Virus record (IMG/VR): IMGVR_UViG_2703718788_000013
Strand: one strand, 5' to 3'
Source: a virus
Taxonomy: Duplodnaviria > Heunggongvirae > Uroviricota > Caudoviricetes
DNA length: 44,513 nt
This document shows, in pieces, positions 8,463 to 16,875 of this stretch (positions are counted from its first letter, which is position 1; each line of letters starts with the position of its first letter). The notes beneath the pieces were generated by a model, which was given only the letters and a program-made list of their open reading frames with translations, did not search any database and was not told the DNA's origin. A program made the position numbers and the translations under genes.

Positions 8463-9533
8463 ATGGCTAACGCCTGGCTCAGATTATGGCATGACATGCC
8501 GAATGACCCTAAGTGGCGAACAATTGCCAGGGTGTCAGGGCAGCCAATTGCAACAGTGATGGCAGTGTATATCCACCTCCTGGTGAGCGCGTCACGAAAT
8601 GTCACGCGAGGTCACATTGATGTCACGACAGAAGATTTGGCAAGTGCGCTCGACGTGACAGAAGAGGTAATTGATTCAATTTTGCAGACGATGCAGGGGC
8701 GGGTACTTGATGGTGATTTAATCACTGGATGGGAAAAACGCCAGGTGCTGAAAGAGGACAACGGCAATATTTCGCAAACCGCAAAATCTCCTGCAGAGCG
8801 CAAGAGGGCGCAGCGAGAGAGGGAAAGAAAGCGGGAACAAAATGGCGATTGTCACGGCGCGTCACGAAATGTCACGCACATGTCACGACGAGTCACGACA
8901 GATAAAGATACAGATAAAGATACAGATAAAGAAGATCAAAACACTATGGTCCATGGCGTAAAAAACGCCACGAACCAGGCAGGGGATGTTCAGTCCGTCA
9001 ATCCTGGTCAGCCAGCAGGCACGACACCGGAAGCCGATTCAGCGTATGCGCTGAAAGCCGATTCGGGCGCTGTGCAGCAGGTGATGACCGCAAGGCCGGA
9101 GCAATCACTCCAACTGCAGCAGCCTGAAGCCGATTCCGCCATTCAGCGGGAGGCCGAGCGGGTAGCCCCGGAAAACACCGGGCAGCCTGTGGGACGAGTG
9201 GATTATCCAGAAGTGTTCGAACAGGTCTGGCGGGAATACCCGTTGCGTGCCGGGGCAAACCCGAAGAAATCCGCTTTCAGTGCCTGGAAGGCCAGATTAC
9301 GCGAGGGGGTGCCACCAGAGGCCATGCTAGATGGTGTGAGGCGTTACGCAAGATACCTGGCGGCTACCGGGAAAACGGGAACGGAATTTGTTCAGCGAGC
9401 GACGACGTTTTTTGGACCGGACCGGAATTTTGAAAACCCCTGGTTGCTCCCGGTAAGCGGTACGAACAACCAGCGTTGCGTGAATCACATTTCTGAACCA
9501 GATACCGAAATTCCACCGGGCTTCAGGGGGTAA
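8463..9533 (+). CDS. Replication initiation protein (O-like), with origin repeats inside the coding sequence
   Basis: 356 aa from ATG 8463 with GAAGAGG upstream; positioned after the cro/cII-like genes; contains two iteron clusters and an AT-rich repeat. Confidence 0.65.
   Translation: MANAWLRLWHDMPNDPKWRTIARVSGQPIATVMAVYIHLLVSASRNVTRGHIDVTTEDLASALDVTEEVIDSILQTMQGRVLDGDLITGWEKRQVLKEDNGNISQTAKSPAERKRAQRERERKREQNGDCHGASRNVTHMSRRVTTDKDTDKDTDKEDQNTMVHGVKNATNQAGDVQSVNPGQPAGTTPEADSAYALKADSGAVQQVMTARPEQSLQLQQPEADSAIQREAERVAPENTGQPVGRVDYPEVFEQVWREYPLRAGANPKKSAFSAWKARLREGVPPEAMLDGVRRYARYLAATGKTGTEFVQRATTFFGPDRNFENPWLLPVSGTNNQRCVNHISEPDTEIPPGFRG
8591..8934. repeat. Putative replication origin: two clusters of GTCACG iterons plus three tandem 11-bp GATAAAGATAC repeats
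   Basis: GTCAC(G/A) at 8591, 8601, 8611, 8623 and at 8851, 8861, 8871, 8882, 8892 with about 10-bp periodicity; tandem repeat at 8901-8934. Confidence 0.6.
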
Positions 9534-9573
9534 GTGTTTATTTCAGGTCACGAGGTAATTTTCAGGAGGACTT

Positions 9574-9996
9574 GTGGCAAAAGTTTTTACACAAGAAGAG
9601 CGAGAAAAAATTAAAGGGCAGGTTGTTGAACTCGTACGCCAGAGTGGGCGTGAGACGTTACGGCAACTGGAAGTCAAGACAGGTGCGACAAGATATCTGA
9701 TGAGCGTTCTCGCAAGAGAGCTGGTTGCCAGCGGCGATGTATACAACTCTGGTTACGGGTTATTCCCGTCTGAACAGGCGCGTAAGGACTGGCAAAATGC
9801 CCGTAAAAAGCTCTCAAGGGCAAAGCTGAAGAAACCATCTGCGGTTGATCCGGACCTTATCTGGTCATTACCTGATGGAGAAATACGTCGTTACGACAGG
9901 CGTCATAATATAATTTGTACTGAGTGTCGTAAAAGCGAAGTTATGCAGCGCATATTGTCGTTTTATCAGGGGGATGTTCGGTATTTATTGAAGTGA
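9574..9996 (+). CDS. Hypothetical 140-aa protein
   Basis: GTG start at 9574 with AGGAGG 5 nt upstream; occupies the position where lambda carries the helicase loader. Confidence 0.55.
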   Translation: MAKVFTQEEREKIKGQVVELVRQSGRETLRQLEVKTGATRYLMSVLARELVASGDVYNSGYGLFPSEQARKDWQNARKKLSRAKLKKPSAVDPDLIWSLPDGEIRRYDRRHNIICTECRKSEVMQRILSFYQGDVRYLLK

Positions 9997-10238
9997 CGAG
10001 ATTAAAATGCATTAGTTAAGATGTGAATTGACATTTTGTGGCACAGGATAGAGCTAGCGTGGTTGTCCGCTTTGTGCCAAAAGCGGACGTTAAGCTTACC
10101 AACTCATATTTTAAGGTCATAGGTGCGTATAAACGAAGTACCACGCTTAGGAGTAGTGAATTTACAGACTTACAAAATCATTTATTTCAGGCCAATTTAT
10201 GTAATGGCATAATCAGGTTGGTGAAAGAGAGGGCTGAA

Positions 10239-10823
10239 ATGGATAAAAAATCTAAAAATCAGATAGTAGATAGCGATATTGCACGTTTATTGCTTAAACA
10301 TAGGAAGGCTCGCAATTTGACTGTAACAGAGCTTGCTCAACGATCGGGCGTCAGTCAGGCCATGATTAGTAAGATTGAACGAGGCATCTCCAGCCCTAGT
10401 GCAACTATCCTTAGCCGCCTGGCCAACGCCATGAATGTAACGCTATCTAAACTCTTTGCAGAGCTTGAGCAACATCAGAATTCTCTGGTTCGTTTTGCTC
10501 ATCAGCAACAGCACTGGACGGATGAGCAATCAGGCATCACTCGTTGGTCTTTGTCTCCTGCGGGGGCATGCCCGGAACTGATCAAAGTTGAAATTCCTGC
10601 AATGGGTGAGTTGACGATACCCGCCTCCGCAAATGAGCATCTTTCCGGGCAAACGCTTTGGGTGATGAGTGGTAGCCTTGATTTTCGAGTCAAAAATCAG
10701 ACCCATCATTTACGTGCCGGTGACTGTCTTGCCCTTACCTTTGCAAGCGAGTACCAAATGAGCAATCCAGATAGTGAGCAGAGCTGTTCTTACATCGTGG
10801 CTTTTAGCCAAAAAAATCAATGA
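10239..10823 (+). CDS. Transcriptional regulator, HTH_XRE N-terminus plus cupin-like C-terminal domain
   Basis: ORF-track 10038..10823; ATG at 10239 (MDKKSKNQ); HTH segment LTVTELAQRSGVSQAMISKIERG. Confidence 0.7.
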   Translation: MDKKSKNQIVDSDIARLLLKHRKARNLTVTELAQRSGVSQAMISKIERGISSPSATILSRLANAMNVTLSKLFAELEQHQNSLVRFAHQQQHWTDEQSGITRWSLSPAGACPELIKVEIPAMGELTIPASANEHLSGQTLWVMSGSLDFRVKNQTHHLRAGDCLALTFASEYQMSNPDSEQSCSYIVAFSQKNQ

Positions 10824-10843
10824 TATCTTCTCTGCCACATTGG

Positions 10844-11287
10844 TTACATGTTATTGGCCATTCTCAGATGCAACAAGGGGTATGGCCTTCCCTGATTATC
10901 CAGATCGGAACGCCCTGATACCTGAAACCCCATATGCTGATAAAACCCTACAGCCTGCTGGTTTTGTTCATTTACATCAACGCTTAGCTCTGGATGCAGC
11001 GCCAGTGCATGAGAGATCAAACGTTTTCCGACGCCAAGTCCGCGAGCAGAGCCTGCTACAAAAAGTGCCTCCAGATGGCCCTTATGCAAAAACATAAATC
11101 CTAGCGGTTGGTCATCCTGATTTGTTGCAACCCATACAGGAGTTTCTGAGAAAAAGCCGACAACTTCTTTTTCGATTTCTTGTCGGTCATGACCTGTAAG
11201 AAAGTCGTGGGTAGCATCCACTGAACTCTTCCAGATTTGTATGATCTCATCTGCTTCAGATGGTCGTGACATTCTGATATCTAACAT
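10844..11287 (-). CDS. GNAT-family N-acetyltransferase
   Basis: 147-aa ORF with acetyl-CoA binding-like segment (ARGLGVGKRLI); convergent with the HTH-cupin gene. Confidence 0.7.
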   Translation of the reverse strand: MLDIRMSRPSEADEIIQIWKSSVDATHDFLTGHDRQEIEKEVVGFFSETPVWVATNQDDQPLGFMFLHKGHLEALFVAGSARGLGVGKRLISHALALHPELSVDVNEQNQQAVGFYQHMGFQVSGRSDLDNQGRPYPLLHLRMANNM

Positions 11288-11685
11288 TTTTCAACCTTAG
11301 AGTGAACTTTATTTTGTGTAATAACGAACGAAAAGAACTTACTTTAATTTACTATAGTAAAATGATATTCACAATAGTATTTGTGATTTCTATGCCTTAT
11401 CAACGTGATGAGAAGTGCTAAGTTAGTCTGATCCTCTTTATCATCATCAACGACAATGTTCCTGAGCTTTATCACATTGAATGTCCGCTTCTCGCTCAAA
11501 GCGGACTAGAAGGTTAGCTTGCGTCGGACTTGGCGTATTTAAAGAAGTGCTGGTGGTGACTGGTTGTCGTGTTCCATTTCTACAGAACAAAATCACAGAA
11601 ACTATACCCAATAGTTGTATTGAATCACTGACGAGACAGCCTCATATTTATCAGGACTGGTGTACGTCCAATACAGGAGGTTGTG

Positions 11686-11775
11686 GTGCTGGTTCTCAAA
11701 TGTGCGCTGGCTATTGCTGCTGTAATGGCAATTTATTGCCTTGCTGTTGTTCTTATGGATCGCCTTTCTGACTGA
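11686..11775 (+). CDS. Candidate small hydrophobic membrane peptide (about 29 aa)
   Basis: AGGAGG at 11675-11680 then GTG; product VLVLKCALAIAAVMAIYCLAVVLMDRLSD; overlaps in another frame the Cys-rich 96-aa ORF-track call 11481..11771. Confidence 0.3.
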   Translation: MLVLKCALAIAAVMAIYCLAVVLMDRLSD

Positions 11776-11986
11776 TTTCATATTGGCGAGGTAACGGTAG
11801 TTAAGTAGAATGGCTGTGGGTGCTTGAGGCTATCTGCCTCGGGCATGAACACCAACGGCAGATAGAGAAAAGCCCCAGTTAACATTACGCGTCCTGCAAG
11901 ACGCTTAACATTAATCTGAGGCCAATTTCATGCTAGACACATGTAGGTTAGCCTCTTACGTGCCGAAAGGCAAGGAGAAGCAGGCT

Positions 11987-12142
11987 ATGAAGCAGCAAAA
12001 GGCGATGTTAATCGCCCTGATCGTCATCTGTTTAACCGTCATAGTGACGGCACTGGTAACGAGGAAAGACCTCTGCGAGGTACGAATCCGAACCGACCAG
12101 ACGGAGGTCGCTGTCTTCACAGCTTACGAACCTGAGGAGTAA
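11987..12142 (+). CDS. hok: Hok/Gef-family type I toxin
   Basis: 51-aa product MKQQKAMLIALIVICLTVIVTALVTRKDLCEVRIRTDQTEVAVFTAYEPEE, near-identical to remembered HokD/RelF; AAGGAGAAG ribosome-binding site; 8-bp hairpin at 12151-12170. Confidence 0.85.
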   Translation: MKQQKAMLIALIVICLTVIVTALVTRKDLCEVRIRTDQTEVAVFTAYEPEE

Positions 12143-12309
12143 GAGACCAGGCGAGGGAGAAATCCCTCGCCACCTTTGATGTGTCAGGCATCCTCAACGC
12201 ACCCGCACTTAACCCGTTTCGGCGGGTTTTGTTTTTTCCTGGCATTCTGGTTTACAATTCGCACGCCAGCCTGAACAACTGGCACCTGCTGCGCCAGCAG
12301 AGACAGCCG

Positions 12310-12588
12310 ATGGCGCACGATACCAAATTACACTATTCTGATGATTCTGCCGTCTTTGCCAGCAGGTGTGGACGGCGTTTTCACGCATTCAAATCGGACT
12401 GGTTCCAGCATCCTCCATGCACTGAAGAGCAGGCTGAATGGATAATTCAGTGTTACCGCAGGCGCGGATACGAGGTTAAGAAAGCCCTCAGCCTCGATTA
12501 TCGTCACTGGATAATCTCCGTCAGGCTTCCTTACTCCGAACGCCCACCGCGTCCGTCCCGCACATTCCAGCAACGAATCTGGAGGTAA
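12310..12588 (+). CDS. Rem-like hypothetical protein
   Basis: In-frame ATG at 12310 (MAHDTKLHYSDD) within ORF-track 12181..12588; gene order hok - this ORF - DUF968 mirrors Qin hokD-rem-ydfU. Confidence 0.45.
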   Translation: MAHDTKLHYSDDSAVFASRCGRRFHAFKSDWFQHPPCTEEQAEWIIQCYRRRGYEVKKALSLDYRHWIISVRLPYSERPPRPSRTFQQRIWR

Positions 12589-12589
12589 C

Positions 12590-13645
12590 GTGCGGGTATT
12601 ACTTCGACCTGTTCTGGTACCGGAACTCGGGCTGGTGGTCCTTAAGCCAGGTCGTGAATCCATGCAGGTATTTCACAATCCTCGAGTGCTGGTGGAGCCG
12701 GAACCGAAAAGCATGCGTAATCTGCCGTCCGGGGTCGTTCCTGCCGTTCGCCAGCCGCTGGTGGAAGACAAAACATTGCTGCCGTTTTTCAGTAACGCAC
12801 GGGTGATTCGTGCTGCTGGTGGTGCTGGTGCATTGTCTGACTGGCTGTTGCGCCATATTAAATCCTGCCAGTGGCCACACGGCGATTATCATCACAGCGA
12901 AACCGTCATTCACCGTTATGGTACCGGCGCAATGGTGTTGTGCTGGCACTGCGACAACCAGCTGCGTGACCAGACATCCGAATCACTCGAGCAACTTGCT
13001 CATCAAAACCTGTCAGCATGGATGATTGACGCCATCGGTCACGCAATAAGCGGTACGCAGGAGCGTGAATTATCTCTGGCTGAATTATCCTGGTGGGCGG
13101 TCCGCAATCAGGTGGCGGACGCGCTACCGGAAGCGGTATTACGTCGTTCGCTGGGGTTGCGTGCGGAAAAAATCCGCTCAATGTACCGTGAAAGCGACAT
13201 CGTACCGGGAGAGCAGACCGCCACCAGCATACTGAAGCAGCGCACAAAAAATCTTGCGCCGCTGCCTCACGCCCACCAGCAAAACCCGCCACAGGAAAAG
13301 ACGGTGGTCAGCATTGCCGTTGATCCGGAGTCACCGGCTCAGTATCTCCAGCGCCAGAAACCACAACGGGAAGAGATGCCTGTATACACGCGCTGGGTAA
13401 AAACGCAGAAATGCATGACGTGCGGTAATCAGGCAGATGATCCGCATCACATCATTGGTCATGGACTGGGAGGGATGGGAACAAAGGCTGATGATTTGTT
13501 TGTTATTCCGCTGTGCCGCAAATGTCATAACGAACTGCACGCCGGGGTAAAAGATTTTGAAGAAAAACACGGCAGCCAGCTGTTGTTGCTGATTCGTTTT
13601 TTAATGCACGCGAGAAATTCGGGTGTCTTGAAGTGGAAAGCATGA
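12590..13645 (+). CDS. DUF968/YdfU-like protein with C-terminal HNH-like motif
   Basis: GTG start with GGAGG 4 nt upstream; C-terminus CMTCGNQADDPHHIIGH...CRKCHNELH. Confidence 0.7.
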   Translation: MRVLLRPVLVPELGLVVLKPGRESMQVFHNPRVLVEPEPKSMRNLPSGVVPAVRQPLVEDKTLLPFFSNARVIRAAGGAGALSDWLLRHIKSCQWPHGDYHHSETVIHRYGTGAMVLCWHCDNQLRDQTSESLEQLAHQNLSAWMIDAIGHAISGTQERELSLAELSWWAVRNQVADALPEAVLRRSLGLRAEKIRSMYRESDIVPGEQTATSILKQRTKNLAPLPHAHQQNPPQEKTVVSIAVDPESPAQYLQRQKPQREEMPVYTRWVKTQKCMTCGNQADDPHHIIGHGLGGMGTKADDLFVIPLCRKCHNELHAGVKDFEEKHGSQLLLLIRFLMHARNSGVLKWKA

Positions 13646-14011
13646 ATGACTGAACGCATAGAATTTGTTTTGCCTTACCCGCCGACGGTGAATACTTACT
13701 GGCGACGTCGTGGCAACACATATTTTGTATCAAAAGTCGGTGAGCGTTATCGCCGTGATGTGGCGCTAATTGTTCGCCAGCAGCGGCTGAAATTAAACCT
13801 GTCCGGAAGGCTGGCGATAAAGATTATTGCAGAGCCACCGGATAAGCGCCGTCGTGACCTGGACAATATCCTGAAAGCACCACTGGATGCGCTGACGCAT
13901 GCCGGACTTCTCATAGACGACGAGCAGTTTGATGAAATCAATATTGTGCGCGGTCAGCTCGTTCCTGGTGGGCGGCTGGGGATAAAAATCACAGAACTGG
14001 AGTGCGCATGA
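13646..14011 (+). CDS. rusA: RusA-family Holliday junction resolvase
   Basis: 121 aa; conserved RRRDLDN region and size match RusA. Confidence 0.85.
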   Translation: MTERIEFVLPYPPTVNTYWRRRGNTYFVSKVGERYRRDVALIVRQQRLKLNLSGRLAIKIIAEPPDKRRRDLDNILKAPLDALTHAGLLIDDEQFDEINIVRGQLVPGGRLGIKITELECA

Positions 14012-14697
14012 ATAGCCAGTATTTACAGTTTGTGCGTGAGCAGCTCATTATCGCCACCGCTGATTTGAGTGGGGCAACAAAAGGTCAGCTTGAAGCCTGG
14101 CAGGAGAATGCCATGTTCGATACAGGGCGTTACAGGCGTAAAAAAATCCGGTACCGGGATGAGGTGACTGGAAAAATGATAACGCGGGATAATCCACCAA
14201 TCCCGGGAAAACAATCACTGGCGAAGGGGACGTCAATTCCTCTGGTCAGTCCGGTTGAGTTTTCGACATCATCGTGGCGGCGGGCTGTTCTGTCTCTTGA
14301 AGAACATCATAAAGCCTGGTTGTTGTGGTGTTACAGCGGGAATATTTGTTGGGAATATCAGATCGCGATAACACAGTGGGCGTGGAATGAATTTAATACT
14401 CAATCCGGTACCAGAAAAATTGCAGGGAAAACGCAGGAACGCCTGAAAAAATTAATCTGGCTGGCGGCGCAGGCAGTAAAAGCAGAACTTTTGGGTGGGG
14501 AAGGTTATGAATACCAGGAGCTGGCATTACTGGCGGGAGTGACAACTAAAAACTGGTCCAAAACATTTACTCGTCACTGGGTTGCAATGAAACACATTTT
14601 TTACCGACTGGATAGTGAGGCTTTATTGTTTGTAATGAGAACACGTTCAAAACAAAAGGCGGCATTTTCAAAGCAAAGTGTTGCAAAAGTAGATTGA
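14008..14697 (+). CDS. Late-gene antiterminator Q-like protein
   Basis: 229 aa; overlaps rusA stop (ATGA); immediately upstream of a promoter-plus-terminator unit of the PR'/tR' type. Confidence 0.7.
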   Translation: MNSQYLQFVREQLIIATADLSGATKGQLEAWQENAMFDTGRYRRKKIRYRDEVTGKMITRDNPPIPGKQSLAKGTSIPLVSPVEFSTSSWRRAVLSLEEHHKAWLLWCYSGNICWEYQIAITQWAWNEFNTQSGTRKIAGKTQERLKKLIWLAAQAVKAELLGGEGYEYQELALLAGVTTKNWSKTFTRHWVAMKHIFYRLDSEALLFVMRTRSKQKAAFSKQSVAKVD

Positions 14698-14709
14698 AAG
14701 GCATATATT
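14681..14709 (+). promoter_or_regulatory. PR'-like late promoter
   Basis: -35 TTGCAA at 14681-14686, 17-bp spacer, -10 TATATT at 14704-14709, at the 3' end of Q. Confidence 0.5.
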
Positions 14710-14762
14710 TCATGCAAATCTGATATTTTGCCGATTTTGTACGTGATGGCAAAAGCAAACAA

Positions 14763-14788
14763 AACCCGCCCACAAGCGGGTTTTTTTG
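14763..14788 (+). terminator. tR'-like intrinsic terminator
   Basis: CCCGC CCACAA GCGGG hairpin followed by TTTTTTT, about 55 nt downstream of the PR'-like -10. Confidence 0.75.
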
Positions 14789-14869
14789 TGCCACTTATCT
14801 CGGATAGACATGGTGAATGCGCTGGTGGAGGAAGTAAGGGTGATTTTTAATCAGGTGATTTTTGAATGC

Positions 14870-14898
14870 TTGCAACATTGATTTCGTAACGTTATTAT
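14870..14898 (+). promoter_or_regulatory. Sigma70-type promoter for the tRNA array
   Basis: -35 TTGCAA at 14870-14875, 17-bp spacer, -10 TATTAT at 14893-14898, ending 9 nt before tRNA 1. Confidence 0.5.
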
Positions 14899-14907
14899 CC
14901 TGCACCC

Positions 14908-14983
14908 GGCCCTTTAGCTCAGTGGTGAGAGCGAGCGACTCATAATCGCCAGGTCGCTGGTTCAAATCCAGCAAGGGCCACCA
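14908..14983 (+). tRNA. tRNA with CAT anticodon, ileX-like (tRNA-Ile2 or Met)
   Basis: 76-nt cloverleaf, acceptor GGCCCTT/AAGGGCC, anticodon loop CTCATAA, CCA end; resembles remembered E. coli ileX. Confidence 0.8.
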
Positions 14984-14984
14984 A

Positions 14985-15061
14985 CCGCCACTAGCTCATC
15001 AGGAAAGAGCGTCAACCCTTTAAGTTGAGTGTGCGAGGTTCGAGTCCCCGGTGGCGGTCCA
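14985..15061 (+). tRNA. tRNA-like gene, apparent anticodon TTT (Lys-like), non-canonical features
   Basis: Acceptor CCGCCAC/GTGGCGG, anticodon stem TCAAC/GTTGA, loop CCTTTAA (C at position 33), T-loop TTCGAGT, CCA end; A-C mismatch in T-stem. Confidence 0.55.
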
Positions 15062-15063
15062 GT

Positions 15064-15139
<76 letters not shown>

Positions 15140-15142
15140 TAT

Positions 15143-15217
<75 letters not shown>

Positions 15218-15380
15218 GTATTTATCTGCATATTTCCTTTTGAGTCCCGTTTTGTTAGAGGTATTGGGCTGTTGACGGGGCTGATATCCACTCTCCACCT
15301 TTCAGGGAGATAGGATTTAAGGAGCCAACCGGTTAGAGTCTGCTTTGTTCCTAACCAGTTGGTTATGTTATTTGAGATGG

Positions 15381-15944
15381 TTAGTTTTTATTCGCCGTCC
15401 ATTTACCACAAATTGGTCTGGAGAAGATTGCCAGAATGGCAATAAAGGATATTTCAATTGAAACAGACCAGCATATATGTCCAATCAGTTCGCTCCAGAA
15501 TTCATAGCCGTTTAGATTCCATAGCCACCCTCTTTCATGGCCGGGAAGATACGCGGGAAATCTGAAGCCCAGCGCGGGTATTAAAATACCATGCATGACT
15601 AATGTAATAAGAATTCCATATACAGCCCCATACCACATGCGGACTCGTGGAATAAAAACAGACAGGTATATGTATACAAAGGCAAAAATGAAACTAAAAA
15701 GCCAATGATAGAGCATAACAGCTCCGGGAATTGTTACTCCCTGGTAAATGTAATCCAGCGAGTGTGAATTTATTCCCAGAAAACCCAACCAGGCGTCGAT
15801 ATTCATTGCTGGTGGAGAAATTTCTCCGGCCATTCTTGGGGGCATGTTAGCTTCAGTTCCTGATTTCACCAGAGAGCTGATCGCGCCACCGACCAGTGTT
15901 GCCCAAAGTATGATTTTTAGATTTACGCTATTCCATTTACACAT
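15381..15944 (-). CDS. YagU-like inner membrane protein (DUF1440 family), moron
   Basis: ORF-track 15381..16223; ATG at 15944 (MCKWNSVNLKIILWATLVGG) has GAGG 7 nt upstream; several hydrophobic segments; ELIGHICWSVSIEI resembles the YagU motif; antisense to late transcription. Confidence 0.65.
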   Translation of the reverse strand: MCKWNSVNLKIILWATLVGGAISSLVKSGTEANMPPRMAGEISPPAMNIDAWLGFLGINSHSLDYIYQGVTIPGAVMLYHWLFSFIFAFVYIYLSVFIPRVRMWYGAVYGILITLVMHGILIPALGFRFPAYLPGHERGWLWNLNGYEFWSELIGHICWSVSIEISFIAILAIFSRPICGKWTANKN

Positions 15945-16228
15945 AAACAACCTCTTGTTTGTTGGGTTGGGGTTATCATACATGACTGCTTGTTGCGATT
16001 TTGTATCGCAATGTTTCTGTTTGTTGTCTTTTGTGTTGTTTGTCTCTTTAGTGTTCTGTGTGTGACTATGTACATTCTGTATAGTGGGGGCTCCCGTTGG
16101 TGCAGAGAATAACGAAATCTGAAAATAACCGTTTTCAGTTGTGGCGCTCGCAACAAAAGCGCATGCTGACTGTGCGAAGATAATCTCGCTGTGACGAGTA
16201 ATCTCGAACGTCATTGTTTTCATTTATG

Positions 16229-16255
16229 CCAGCTACCCAAAGCTGGCTTTTTTTG
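16229..16255 (+). terminator. Intrinsic terminator-like hairpin upstream of lysis cassette
   Basis: GCCAGCT ACCCAA AGCTGGC followed by TTTTTTT; further weaker hairpin/T-run elements at 16496-16518 and near 16598-16620. Confidence 0.55.
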
Positions 16256-16659
16256 AGGTCTGCTCCGGCAGGCTTTTTTTATTCCGGCATATATAACTAT
16301 GGAGTATTGCGACAACCTGATAAAAGTCTGCATATCGCGATCCAACGGTAGAAGCGATAAACGGGCTGAGCGATATGTTTCCAGAGGAGAAGAGGTTGAG
16401 CGATACGAAGAAACAGCTAAGTATATTAAGAGAATGTTAATGTGCTTCATTGCTGATCAGAAGCTATCGGGATAATCATCAGTTTTTTGTATTGAGGCTC
16501 GCTACGGCGGGCCTTTTTCACATCCGCGTCACGCCCGGCGCACATCACATCAGATAACGCTATACAAAAGGCATCTTCGGGTGCCTTTGATGGGGGGGCG
16601 GGCCGCTGGTGGCTTTTTTTGTTTCCATTACACAGCCCCCGCATCTGCGAGGTGGGGTT

Positions 16660-16875
16660 ATGAAATCCATGGATAAGTTAACAACGGGTGTCGCCTATGG
16701 CACCTCAGCAGGTAGTGCCGGGTACTGGTTTTTACAGTTGCTCGATAAAGTCACGCCCTCACAGTGGGCGGCAATAGGTGTGCTGGGTAGTCTGGTATTT
16801 GGCTTGCTGACGTATCTGACAAACCTTTATTTCAAGATTAAAGAAGATAAGCGTAAGGCTGCGAGAGGTGAATAA
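16660..16875 (+). CDS. Class II holin (phage 21 S-type pinholin)
   Basis: 71 aa MKSMDKL... with dual-start motif and two hydrophobic segments; very similar to remembered S21. Confidence 0.9.

Noticed and set aside
8851-8934. Possible CRISPR-like array from short regularly spaced repeats
   Set aside because: Repeats are 6-11 bp at about 10-bp phasing inside a replication gene with no cas genes; they fit origin iterons, not a CRISPR array
11930-11986. In-frame upstream extension of hok as a possible mok
   Set aside because: mok in characterised hok loci is in a different frame from hok; this extension has no ribosome-binding site and is probably just open frame upstream of the real start
16220-16644. 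Two minus-strand ORFs of 76 and 65 aa
   Set aside because: They lie in the terminator-rich leader of the lysis cassette with no ribosome-binding sites and overlap hairpin elements
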